A program made the translations under genes and the position numbers. A stretch of 32,479 bases of DNA from positions 1 through 32,479 of the forward strand of contig NW_021833358.1 of the NCBI RefSeq assembly GCF_006345805.1, written 5' to 3'. Below are positions 22,360 through 32,479 of the stretch, piece by piece (position 1 is the stretch's first letter; each line of letters starts with the position of its first letter). The DNA is from Octopus sinensis. Lineage: Eukaryota. Under the pieces are notes generated by a model. The model was not told the origin of the DNA and made no database searches. It saw only the letters and a program-made list of their open reading frames with translations.

Positions 22360-22633
22360 GACAGAAGTTTTAAATAGAAAATGAAGAAAAAAGCGGGCGG
22401 GGAAGACAAGATGAACGTAAAAGAGATGGCAGTGAAAGAAAGAGAGACAAAAGTAGAAAGAAGAGAAGAAAAAAAGAAGAGAAAATATTCAAGAATAAAA
22501 GGGAATGAGCGAGAGATGATTAAAGAGAGAAGGCAGATGTAGACATTCACACACACACACACACACAACACACACACACGTTTATGTATGTATGTAAGCA
22601 TTTATGCATTTATGCTTACATAGACCCTAACGT

Positions 22634-22820
22634 TTTTACTTGTTTGAGTGAAAGGACTACGGCCTTGCTGGGGCATCACCTTGAAGGGTTTAGCTGAACC
22701 AAAGACCGACCAAAGTACTGATATCGGGCTCTTGTGTCGAACTAGGTTGCTGGGAGATAAACGAACCAACATCGGTTGTGAAGTGGTTGTTGGGGACAAA
22801 TATAACCACACACACACACA
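22634..22820 (-). mobile_element. SINE-B 3' half, degenerate
   Basis: TTTTACTTGTTT...GGCCTTGCTGGGGCATCACC...AACATCGGTTGT...GGGGACAAA...(CA)n matches B tails. Confidence 0.75.
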
Positions 22821-22825
22821 CGTAT

Positions 22826-22985
22826 ATGTGGGTGTGTGGTAAGAAGCTTGCTTCCCAACCACATCACTCCAGGTTCAGTCACACTGCACTGCACGGCAAT
22901 TTACGGAAGTTTCTTCTATAGCCTCGGGTCAACCAAAGCCCTGTGAGTGGATTTGATAGACGGAAACTGAAAGAAAGCCCGTTAT
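22826..22985 (+). mobile_element. SINE-B 5' half, inverted relative to the adjacent 3' half
   Basis: GTGTGTGGTAAGAAGCTTGCTTCCCAACCACAT...GGTTCAGTC...CTATAGCCTCGGG...GACGGAAACTGAAAG on the plus strand. Confidence 0.85.
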
Positions 22986-22993
22986 ATATATTA

Positions 22994-23042
<49 letters not shown>

Positions 23043-23177
23043 TATATATTATATATATTAGTATATATATATAGATATATATATTATATATATATATATA
23101 TATATATGTATATAGATATATATATATATCTATATATATATATATATATATTATTATATATATATATATATATATAT

Positions 23178-23390
23178 GATCGCCATGTTGATTCGCTAGC
23201 CTCTGCACGCTTTTTTTTCTCTCCTTGTTTCTCTCCTGTTTTCTTTTCTGTGTATCTTTCTGTTGCAGAGCGTAGGCTCGAACGTAAAAGACTTGTTTTA
23301 TTTATATTCCTGAGCGCCATACTAATACAATTGTTTGTTTGTATTCCACCTGCCTTCGTCTTTTGTTTATTTTCGTAAACCTTGCCGTTA
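23178..23390 (+). mobile_element. Hammerhead-like element, copy 3, flanked by (TA)n
   Basis: Full-length homology to 6853-7036. Motif 23255-23291 reads UCUUU CUGUUGC A GAGC GUAG GCUC GAA CG UA AAAGA. Confidence 0.7.
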
Positions 23391-23661
23391 TATATATATA
23401 TTATATATAATATATTATATATATATATATATATATATAATATACCATACATACAAATGTATGTATATACAAATATTCTCTAATTATATAATTATAAGCA
23501 TAATTATAATTAGCCGCTGACCATATCTTTTGTCCCTTATACTTGTTTTAGTACCACTTGTTCGAGCATTCTAACTCATACTTGTTGCACAACTCCTAGT
23601 GTATTTCGCACTGCCACCTAGTCATAGCGTTTTTTGTACACTTTTTGGGCCAGTTTTGAGC

Positions 23662-23700
<39 letters not shown>

Positions 23701-23914
23701 GGCGGCAAACTGGCAGAATCGTTAGCGCGCTGGACGGAATATTTAGCGGTATTTCGCCCGTCGCTACGTTCCGAGTTCAAATTCCGCCGCGGTTCACTTT
23801 GCCTTTCATCCTTTCAGGGTCGAGAAATTAAGTACCACTTACGCACTGGGGTCGATGTAATCGACTAATACCCCTCACCCACAAATTTCAGACCTTGTGC
23901 CTATAGTAGAAAAG
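23701..23914 (+). mobile_element. SINE family A (short tail)
   Basis: Full head, core and tail ...CCTATAGTAGAAAAG, followed by (ATT)n. Confidence 0.92.
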
Positions 23915-23937
23915 ATTATTATTATTAATAATATTAA

Positions 23938-24139
23938 GGCGGCAAGCTGGCAGAGTCGTTGGCGCGCTGGACGAAATGCTTAGCAGTATTTCGCCCGTCG
24001 CTACGTTCTGAGTTCAAATTCCGCTTTGTCTTTCATCATTTCGAGGTCGATAAAATAGGTACCAGTTGAACACTGGGCTCGATGTTATCGATTCATCCCT
24101 TACCCCAAATTCCCTGCTCTTGTAGCAAAATTTGAAACC
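23938..24139 (+). mobile_element. SINE family A (short tail)
   Basis: Head, core and tail ...CAAAATTTGAAACC, followed by (ATT)n. Confidence 0.92.
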
Positions 24140-24143
24140 ATTA

Positions 24144-24191
<48 letters not shown>

Positions 24192-24220
24192 TATTACTAT
24201 TATTATTACTATTATTATTA

Positions 24221-24435
24221 GGGCAGCGAGCTGCCAGAATCGTTCGCATGCCGGGTAAAATGCTTAACGGCATTTCGTCCGTCTCTGCGTTCTGAGTTCC
24301 AATCCCACCGAGGTTGACTTTGCTTTTCATCCTTTAGAGTCGATAAATTAAATACCAGTGAAACACTGGGGTCGTTGTAATTGTTTTCTAGTCCCCTCAC
24401 ACCAAATTTCAGGACTTGTGTCTATAGTAGAAAGG
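24221..24435 (+). mobile_element. SINE family A (short tail)
   Basis: Head, core and tail ...TCTATAGTAGAAAGG, followed by (ATC)n/(ATT)n. Confidence 0.9.
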
Positions 24436-24761
24436 ATCATCATCATCATCATCATTATTATTATTATTTTTATTATTATTATTTCCCTTTCCCTTCTCAG
24501 AGCTCTCGACTCTGGTTACTTCTGTAAGAACGGAGAGCAGCCTCTTGTCAAAGATCTCACAGGGATACTTAACACCCTTTCATTTCTTCGTGATCGATAA
24601 AATAAAGTATTAGTCAAGTAATGAGATTGGTGCAATCGACATGCCCCCTACCTTTAAAATTATTGACTTTGCATGCTGCAGCAGCGAAGTGTCCCGTCCA
24701 GGGGTTTCGGTCATTTATACGCCATAGAAGCCGGATAACCGACCTTCTCAATCCTAAGGCT

Positions 24762-24958
24762 CTTTCATCTTTTACCTGTCTGAATCATTTGACTGGGGCA
24801 CCGCCTTGAAAAAAAATAAAAATTAGCCGAACGAATCAATCCCAGTACTTGTTTTTAAAGCCTCTGTCGGTCACTTTTGTCGAATCGCTAATTTATGGGG
24901 ACGTAAGCGCACCAACACTGGTTGTCAATCGATAGTGGGGAACAAACACAGACATAAG

Positions 24959-25047
<89 letters not shown>

Positions 25048-25138
25048 AGATGCTAGTCCAAGGTACCACACAGTGGAGCTAAACCCAGATCAATGTGGTT
25101 GGGAAGCGATCCTCTGGCTACTCAGCCACGCCTGCGCC
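24762..25138 (-). mobile_element. SINE family B with the central region replaced by (TC)n (about 24958-25045)
   Basis: B tail and B head (AGGCGCAGGCGTGGCTGAG) flank a long (TC)n. Confidence 0.82.
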
Positions 25139-25474
25139 TACAGAATGTACAGAACATTCAAAGCCTAACTAAAAATATACAATAAGGAAAATACGATATT
25201 CCTTAATGACAAATATTACGTCCATTTTTTTTCCTTTTCAGTACAGGAAGTAACTATGAACATATTTTGGATTTATTCTGACCTCATCAGTGAAACTTAA
25301 CCTTTGCTGTACTTGGTGAAATAAATGGAGAAGATGATAAGCTTTTTCATGTTGGAAAAAGGAGTTGTTAAGGATTTTAAATAATTCAGAAGCAATATAA
25401 CGTAATGGACGGAGCCCGAAGAAGACATCTAGAAGCAAATATGCGTTGAGGAAAAAGTAAAATAATAACAATAA

Positions 25475-25684
25475 TCCTTTCTACTATAGGCACAAGACCT
25501 GAAATTTTGGGGGAGGGAGACAGTCAATTACATCGACCCCAATACTTGACTAGTACTTAATTTATCGACCCCGAAAGGATGTAAGGCAAAGTCGACCTCG
25601 GCGGAATTTGAACTCAGAACGTAAAGATGGGCGAAATGCCGTAAGTATTTTGTCCGGGGCAGTAACGATTTGGCCAGCTTGCCT
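25475..25684 (-). mobile_element. SINE family A (short tail)
   Basis: TTTATCGACCCCGAAAGGATG...GGCGGAATTTGAACTCAGAACG. Confidence 0.9.
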
Positions 25685-25874
25685 AATACTTGCTAATAAG
25701 CTGTAGTGACATTGCCAGGAAAACCTCTCTGATATCAAACTGTAACGAGGTATTTATCCCCCTCTCCAGCACTATCCAGAATGTTGACATTGCTAACTCT
25801 GACACCTGATATTAAAAAGTAAAATAAAGGTCGAAATTTGTCGTTGAACTGAAGATAAAAATGTTTTGGAAGAA

Positions 25875-25909
<35 letters not shown>

Positions 25910-26098
25910 GGGAAAACAGAAGCATTTAACAAGGTTGAGTAACGACATCTGGTGGCAAATGTCTGTAAATGGGTTTTTAATAGTAGCCTCTGCCGCCTGC
26001 GTTGCCATCGCCAACTTTATACCAGTAACGTCATCACTTAATCATGGTCAACATCCTCCATCATATAACACGCACACACACATAGATATATATATATC

Positions 26099-26130
<32 letters not shown>

Positions 26131-26185
26131 ATATATTATATATATAAGTTTAGGACTACTCGTTACCATAGAAGAGATAAACAAT

Positions 26186-26398
26186 TATTTCTAATATTGC
26201 CACAAGGATTGAAATTTTGAGTCGGGAGGTTAGTCGATGACATTGACCGCAGGACTTGACTGGTATTTATTTTATCGACCCTGAAAGATAAAAGTCAAAT
26301 TTGACCTCGGCGGTATTTGAACGCAGAACGTAAAGAGCTGTAAGAAATGCCGATAAGCCTTTTGTCCGGTGCGCTAACGATTCTGCCAGCTCACCGCC
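26186..26398 (-). mobile_element. SINE family A (short tail)
   Basis: Head end TTCTGCCAGCTCACCGCC plus core. Confidence 0.88.
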
Positions 26399-26462
26399 TT
26401 TCGTTGAGCTAAATAACATTTTTATTTTGATCGAGTTCTACATGTGGGTATACAGGGTCTAT

Positions 26463-26588
26463 AGGCGTGGTACGTACAACTCTTAAAAGTTTGCTTCCCA
26501 ACCACATGGTTCCTGGTTCAGACCCAGGGCGTGGAACCTCAAGCAAGTGTTCTCTACAATAGCCTCGGGCCGATCATAAGCTTGTGAA
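26463..26588 (+). mobile_element. SINE-B 5' part, ending at the mariner
   Basis: TTTGCTTCCCAACCACATGGTTCCTGGTTCAG...AATAGCCTCGGGCCGA. Confidence 0.8.
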
Positions 26589-26594
26589 TATATA

Positions 26595-27804
26595 TTGGGT
26601 TGGCAAGAAAGTATTTTCGGTATTTTAGTGTGAAATAAAAGTCATTTTTTTCATACAAAGAATGAACTTTAATTAATTATATATTTTCCATTTTGTTCGA
26701 TGACCTTTTGCCATCTTTCTGGGAACTTCATGAAACCGCGCTCATAGAACTTCTGGTTCTTATCGGCCAAACTGAAGCAAGTGCGATTTCAGGTCATCAT
26801 CATTATTGAAAGTTTTACCATTCAATGAATTTTACAAACTTCGAAATATATGGTAATTTGATGGTGCAAGGTCAGGGCTATATGGTGGATGTGACATCAC
26901 TTCCCAACCAAGCTCCAATAATTTTTTACGAGTTAGCAAAGATGTGTGTCATGGCGGAACACAATTCCTTTACGATTTGCCAATTCTGGCCGTTTTTCTT
27001 TGATTGTTGACAGTAAACATCTGAATTGATTATTTGGTTTCTTGGAAGCAGTTCAAAATACACAACACCTACGTAACCCTACCAAATTGACAGCATGATT
27101 CTTTTTGATGCAATTTAGCTTTCGATGTGGTTTGTCCTGGTTCATTACGCTTGGACCATGACCGTTTTCGATTGATGTTATTGTAGACAATCCATTTTCA
27201 TCACCAGTCATGATTCGTTTAAAAAAAAAACGTCGATTTTATTGCGTTTGAGAAGCATATCGCAAATATTGATTCGTTGTGTTAAGCGAATCTCTTTCGG
27301 TTTATGTGGAACCCAAATATCGAGCTTCTTAACGAGTCCAAGACATTTTAAGTGATTTTCAATTGTTATATGTGATACATTTAGCCTCTCTGCAATCTCT
27401 CGCACAGTTATACGACACTCAGGTTCAGTTATGGCTTTGATTCGGTTATCATCAACTTCAGTAGGTCAACCAGAACGTTGGTCACCTTTGAGTGAAAAAT
27501 CTCCAGAACGGAATTTTTATAATCATTACTGACATGTGCGTTCTGTTAAGCAATCAACACCATAAACTTCACATATATCTCTTTGTGAACCTTAGTAGCT
27601 TTCTTGCCTTTACGGAAAAAAGCAAAATATGGTGAAAATGTTCCTTTTTGCACTCCATGCGCGCAATTTGCCTCTAAAGTAAGCTAAAAGTAACGGGTAT
27701 AAAATTTCAAGAGGGAAAAGAATCATAACATTGACAAAAGTCATTCAAAAAAATCGTAACTCCATCTAGTTGCGAAAAACGAATTTTTTTTTTTGCCAAC
27801 CCGA
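26595..27804 (-). mobile_element. Near full-length mariner DNA transposon (1210 bp)
   Basis: TA-flanked TIRs TTGGGTTGGCAAGAAAG (left) and ...TTTTGCCAACCCGA (right), resembling cecropia-subfamily (Hsmar1-like) TIRs; transposase pseudogene inside. Confidence 0.93.
26669..27658 (-). pseudogene. Mariner transposase pseudogene
   Basis: MECKKEHFHHILL...KFRSGDFSL...WVPHK...MTGDE...HPPYSPDLAPSNYHIF...IEQNGKYIIN*, with many stops, frameshifts and deletions. Confidence 0.93.
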
Positions 27805-28032
27805 TATATAAAGGCGCTAGGTACGGATCAAGGATGATTTGGATTTCAATAACGAGATCATCGACAGCAGAAACGTAGGTGTTTTACGTAGTCACTCCTT
27901 CAACTCGTTAGGGATACCATGCAAGCCTGCCTAACATACTGCTCGAGACGTCTTAAAAGAACGAAGGACGAGTTAGATAACGGTAATCCTAGATACATTA
28001 TGTTCGGGAAAAAAAAACGAAAACAAACGAAA

Positions 28033-28376
28033 TGAAGAAAAAGAAGAAGAAGAAGACGAAGAAGAAGGAGAGGAAGAAGAAGACGAAGAAGGAGGTGAAG
28101 AAGAGGATGATGATGATGAAGAAGAAGAAGAAGAAGAAGGATGATGAAGAAGAAGGAGAGGAAGAGGATGATGATGAAGAAGAAGGAGGAGAAGAGGATG
28201 ATGAAGAAGAAGAAGAAGAAAAAAAGAAGAAGAAAAAGAAGAAGAAGAAGAAGAAGAAGAAGAAGAAGAAGAAGAAGAAGAAGAAGAAGAAGAAGAAAAA
28301 GAAGAAGAAGAAGAGAAGAAGAAGAAGAAGAAAGAAGAAGAAGAAGAAGAAGAAGAAATAAAAGAAGAAGAAGAAG
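28033..28376 (+). repeat. Degenerate (GAA)n/(GAT)n purine-rich tract
   Basis: Direct reading; source of the poly-K/E/F ORFs. Confidence 0.95.
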
Positions 28377-28759
28377 GTGGCGGTGGTGGTAACGACGATA
28401 ACGACGGCGACGAATTCCGAACCCGAATGTATGGAAAAGCCGACGTTTGTCACCTTAATCCTCGCTGTTTACTTCCAGCTGGTAATGTTCAAGCACGAGT
28501 ATCTTATTATTATCTGAAGTGGGTGGAAGCAGAAATAGGAATGACATGGGTGGTAAGGTATAAATAGAATAGATATATGTTAGACATATAATCTGGGTAT
28601 TTGCGGAGATATGAGGGGTGGATAAGGCTTTGGAGTTGCCCTATTCTTCTAACAGGGGGCTATCCCCCGATGTAAATTCAGATATAGAGACATACCTACA
28701 TATATACACATATGCGTGCGTTTGTGTGCCTGTTTATGTATAATGATGCTAATAACCAG

Positions 28760-28815
28760 TTGTTAGAACTCAACATAGAAATGCTTTATAATTGGGTGTT
28801 AGGAGAATACAGACC
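28760..28815 (+). CDS. Candidate 56-nt exon, LLELNIEMLYNWVLGEYR
   Basis: Donor ACC|GTAAGC, weak acceptor gctaataaccAG, open frame. No homology recognised. Confidence 0.15.
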
Positions 28816-29005
28816 GTAAGCGAACAGGATCCACGTAATTGCTTACATTAGCTTACAACTGTTTCTGCTTATAATAAACAGTGCACTCAGAACTCAGCCC
28901 TTGTGCAACAAAATACACACTTCATTTTAATTGTTCTGAAAAAAGATTCAAGATGTCGGACAAACATTCAGCTTTGAGTACACTCATCTCGTAGCAGAAA
29001 CATCG

Positions 29006-29418
29006 GATCTTTTCGGTTTGAACGGCAGTTTTTTCTAGTGGTGTCATATGAAATTGTCACCCATAATTATGACCCTAGAATCGATCTATTGCATTTCAAT
29101 TTCTTTTAGGGTTAGGGTTAGGGGTGGGGGAAGGGTATCTTTTTTTTCTTCACAAATGTAAATAAACCCCAACTGTTTCTAAACGAGGGACATATTCATA
29201 CTACGAATGCTTTTTAACTAACTCAATAAACGTCACTGATTGGTTGAAATTGCAGAAATTGAAGAAAAGCAACAACAAAATATCTTACAAACTATAGAAT
29301 TTTCTCAATAAAGCCAAGAGAAAAAGATGTTTTATAAACACATTCTACCAGTATACGAAGTTTAAAATTTTTTAGTTGCCTAGAAATTGTTAAAAACTGC
29401 CGTTCAAACCGAAACATC
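29006..29418. mobile_element. MITE with perfect 23-bp TIR cores and an internal TTAGGG/G-run tract
   Basis: TTTCGGTTTGAACGGCAGTTTTT (29011-29033) and AAAAACTGCCGTTCAAACCGAAA (29392-29414). Confidence 0.85.
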
Positions 29419-29950
29419 TGTAAGCAAATGAAGGTGGTTACAAGACTTCTGTTCTCTTGTCATGAACTTATAACTGGAGTACACAAGCCGTCAACAATGA
29501 CGGCGAGTGTTTCAGTAACCTTTGTGATAATTACGACATTCTGGATTGTATATATATACATATATATGTAGGTATGTACATATATGAATATTCAATTCAT
29601 CCAATTTTGCCAAAATAACTAGAAAATAAGAAAATTATATTTATCACCCTCAAATATTATGTATCATATAATTATTGACTATTATTAATAAGTACAATAT
29701 GTTGTAGCCATTGGCATGTTTATGTATTCAAAACTACCGAAATATATGCAAGCATACACACACGCACACACACACACACGCGCGCGCGCACATGGATACT
29801 TGATTTTAGAAACCAGGTTACATACATTTCCTAAAGGTTTTCACGGGACAACAGGTTTAGTTTACGCAAAAGTCGTGCATTTACTCTGTGTGTGCGTATG
29901 TTTGTACTAGCAATGATTGCACGAGCAAAACTGACCTAAGATTAAGCAAC

Positions 29951-30359
29951 ACCTATTTCTTTACTACCCACAAGGGGCTAAACACAGAGAGGACAAGACA
30001 AACGGATTAAGTTGATTATATCGACCCCAGTGCGTAACTGATACTTATTTAATCGACCCCGAAAGGATGAAAGGTAAAGTCCACCTCGGCGGAATTTGAA
30101 CTCAGAACGTAACGGCAGACGAAATACCTATTTCTTTACTACCCACAAGGGGCCAAACACAGAGAGGACAAACAAGGACAGACTAACGGATTAAGTCAAT
30201 TATATCGACCCCAGAGCGTAACTGGTACTTATTTAATCGACCCCGAAAGGAAGAAAGACAAAGTCGACCTCGGCGGAATTTGAACTCAGAACGTGACGGC
30301 AGACGAAATACGTCTACGCATTTCGCCCGGCGTGCTAACGTTTCTGCCAGCTTGCCGCC
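29951..30359 (-). mobile_element. SINE family A dimer
   Basis: Junction AAAGAAATA|GGTATTTCGTCTGCC near 30115-30135; one head, two long tails. Confidence 0.92.
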
Positions 30360-30813
30360 TTAGAAGGAAAGAGAACAGCAACACAACATTACGTCTTGTC
30401 ACAAAATCGATACACTTGCGTGATTTTTCCGATACAATCCCGAGGCCTATAGAATCATTTGAACTCAGCACCAAGATTTAATAAAACTTTCATTAAAATC
30501 AGAGAATGTGTTCTTAAACAGAAGAGCCGATTGTGAAAACAGGAACCGCAATGTGACGTCAGAGACAAGCAAAAGCTTAAGACTATGTCAGACACCCAAA
30601 GTTCCGATGAATAATATTCTCCATTACATCTGGTTGGTATTTAAACTAGCTCCACTAAAATCCTACTTGAGTCGATGAATCAAACGTTTAGGATTCCAGA
30701 TTGACGGCTGACACTCTTCATACCGTCTGTCTTTCTTTATTACGCCTACATTTTACAAGCTACATAGCACGTAAGAAATGTTTGCATACATATGCACAAG
30801 ACGCTACATTACT

Positions 30814-30849
<36 letters not shown>

Positions 30850-30949
30850 TTCGATAGAGAATCGCACATACCATACAACGTCATACGTGTATATATATAT
30901 ACATATATATATATGTATATATATATATGTATATATATATATAATATAT

Positions 30950-30982
<33 letters not shown>

Positions 30983-31110
30983 CTATATATATATTATATA
31001 TATATATAATGCATACATACATACATATATATGTATATACACGCACAAATATCTGGATGTATATATTATATATATATATATATATCTATATATATATATA
31101 TATATATATC

Positions 31111-31290
31111 TGTGTGTGTGTGTGTGTTTGTTTGTCCCCCCACCATCGCTTACAACCGGCAAAAGGGACTGATAGAATAAGTACTAGGTTCACAAAGAAT
31201 AAGTTCTGGGGTCGATTTGGTCGACTAAAGGTGGTGCTCCAGCATGGCTGAAGTCAAATGGCTGAAACAAGTAAAAGAATAAAAGAATAG
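31111..31290 (+). mobile_element. SINE-B 3' half
   Basis: (TG)n-TTTGTCCCCC...GATAGAATAAGTACTAGG...GAAACAAGTAAAAGAATAAAAG. Confidence 0.85.
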
Positions 31291-31584
31291 AAGACTCATG
31301 AAATTATGTGTGTGCGCGCGTGTTTCTATCTATCTATTTGTCTAACTGTCTGTAGACATAAAAATATAATATTATATGAATATAATCAAACGATTATGAA
31401 TGTTTTTTACGATGGTATTAAAACGTGTTTTGTAAGAAAGCAATGAGTTTGTTTTGGTAAAATATTGATACACATTTTTGCAATAGTTTTTTTGTAAATA
31501 ATTCCTGCGTTTAATGATAAACTGCGCGCGAACAAACACATGTACGCATACTGCATACACGCTTCCACCCACATATACACACAC

Positions 31585-31665
31585 ATACATACATACATAC
31601 ATACATACATACATACATACATACATACATACATACATACATACATACAAACATACATACATACA
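31585..31665 (+). repeat. (TACA)n microsatellite
   Basis: Direct reading. Confidence 0.95.
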
Positions 31666-31768
31666 TAAACCACCATATCTAGATAATTAGATATCATCTA
31701 CCAATTATACACGTTAACTACGTCACATCTCCTCTGCTTCATAGTTCTCAATATTGACACGGTAACAA

Positions 31769-32290
31769 GGCGGCGAGCTGGCAGAAACGTTAGCACGCCG
31801 GGCGAAATGCTTAGCGGTATTTCGTCTGCCGCTACGTTTTGAGTTCAAATTCCGCCGAGGTCGACTTTGCCTTTCATCCTTTCGGGGTCGATTAAATAAG
31901 TACCAGTTACGCACTGGTCCCCTCTATGTTTAGCCACTTGTGGGTAATAAAGAAATAGGTATTTCGTCTGCCGCTACGTTCTGAGTTCAAATTCCGCCTT
32001 TCATCCTTTCGTGGTCGATAAAATAAGTACCAGTTACGCACTGGAGTCGATATAATCGACTTAATCCGTCTGTCTGTCCTTGTTTGTCTCCTCTGTGTTT
32101 AGCCCCTTGTGGGTAGTAAAGAAATATGTATTTCGTCTGCCGCTACGTTCTGAGTTCAAATTCTGCCGAGGTCGACTTTGCCTTTCAACCATTCGGGATC
32201 GATAAATTAAGTACCAGTTGTGTACTGGGTTGATCTAATCGTCTGGCCCCCCTCCCCAAAAATTTGGGGCCTTGTGCCTAGAGTAGAAAA
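31769..32290 (+). mobile_element. SINE family A trimer (two long-tail units plus one short-tail unit)
   Basis: Head at 31769; junctions AAAGAAATA|GGTATTTCG (about 31957) and AAAGAAATA|TGTATTTCG (about 32126); the last unit ends CCTTGTGCCTAGAGTAGAAA. Confidence 0.92.
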
Positions 32291-32479
32291 AAAAAGAGGA
32301 ATATTGACTCGGTAACTTATAGAACTTATAAGATCGTTCTTATAGTTCTATTTTCGGATTTGGTTTGCACTTTTCTAAATTCATCGACGGTGCTTTTCTT
32401 TGGAAAAGCCACGCGAAACTTAATCAATGATAATTATCACTTCTGATTATGCGAGTTGAAAATGAAACATAATGTGGTT

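Noticed and set aside
25690-25830. Strong pyrimidine-tract acceptors on both strands near 25760-25830
   Set aside because: No convincing donor paired with an open frame of recognisable protein; indistinguishable from chance.
27998-28453. Poly-K/E/F ORFs
   Set aside because: (GAA)n microsatellite with frame-breaking interruptions.
30554-30561. Palindromic CRE site TGACGTCA
   Set aside because: A single 8-mer is expected by chance in 32 kb, and there is no promoter context.

Overview
AT-rich, repeat-saturated eukaryotic intronic/intergenic DNA. It is most likely from an octopus (Octopus sp.), an assignment based on my recall of the tRNA-derived SINE families and the microsatellite load, not on a database search. 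Almost every ORF in the supplied track is a microsatellite translation. The recognisable content is: about 15 loci of one tRNA-SINE family ('A', including dimers and a trimer); about 8 pieces of a second ('B'); two further SINE types; a near full-length decayed mariner (26595-27804); an L1/Tx1 ORF2 fragment (7505-8081); a complete non-autonomous Helitron (12915-13307); and several MITEs. No host gene is recognisable, only weak splice-flanked exon candidates. The most interesting signal is a ~200 bp element, usually flanked by (TA)n, whose copies share a block with the topology of a minimal type I hammerhead ribozyme but a non-canonical core (Penelope/retrozyme-like). Second is TSD evidence that SINE-A prefers GGTRTY targets, a motif present in its own head, which could explain its multimers. 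SINE family letters are my own labels and element boundaries are approximate.
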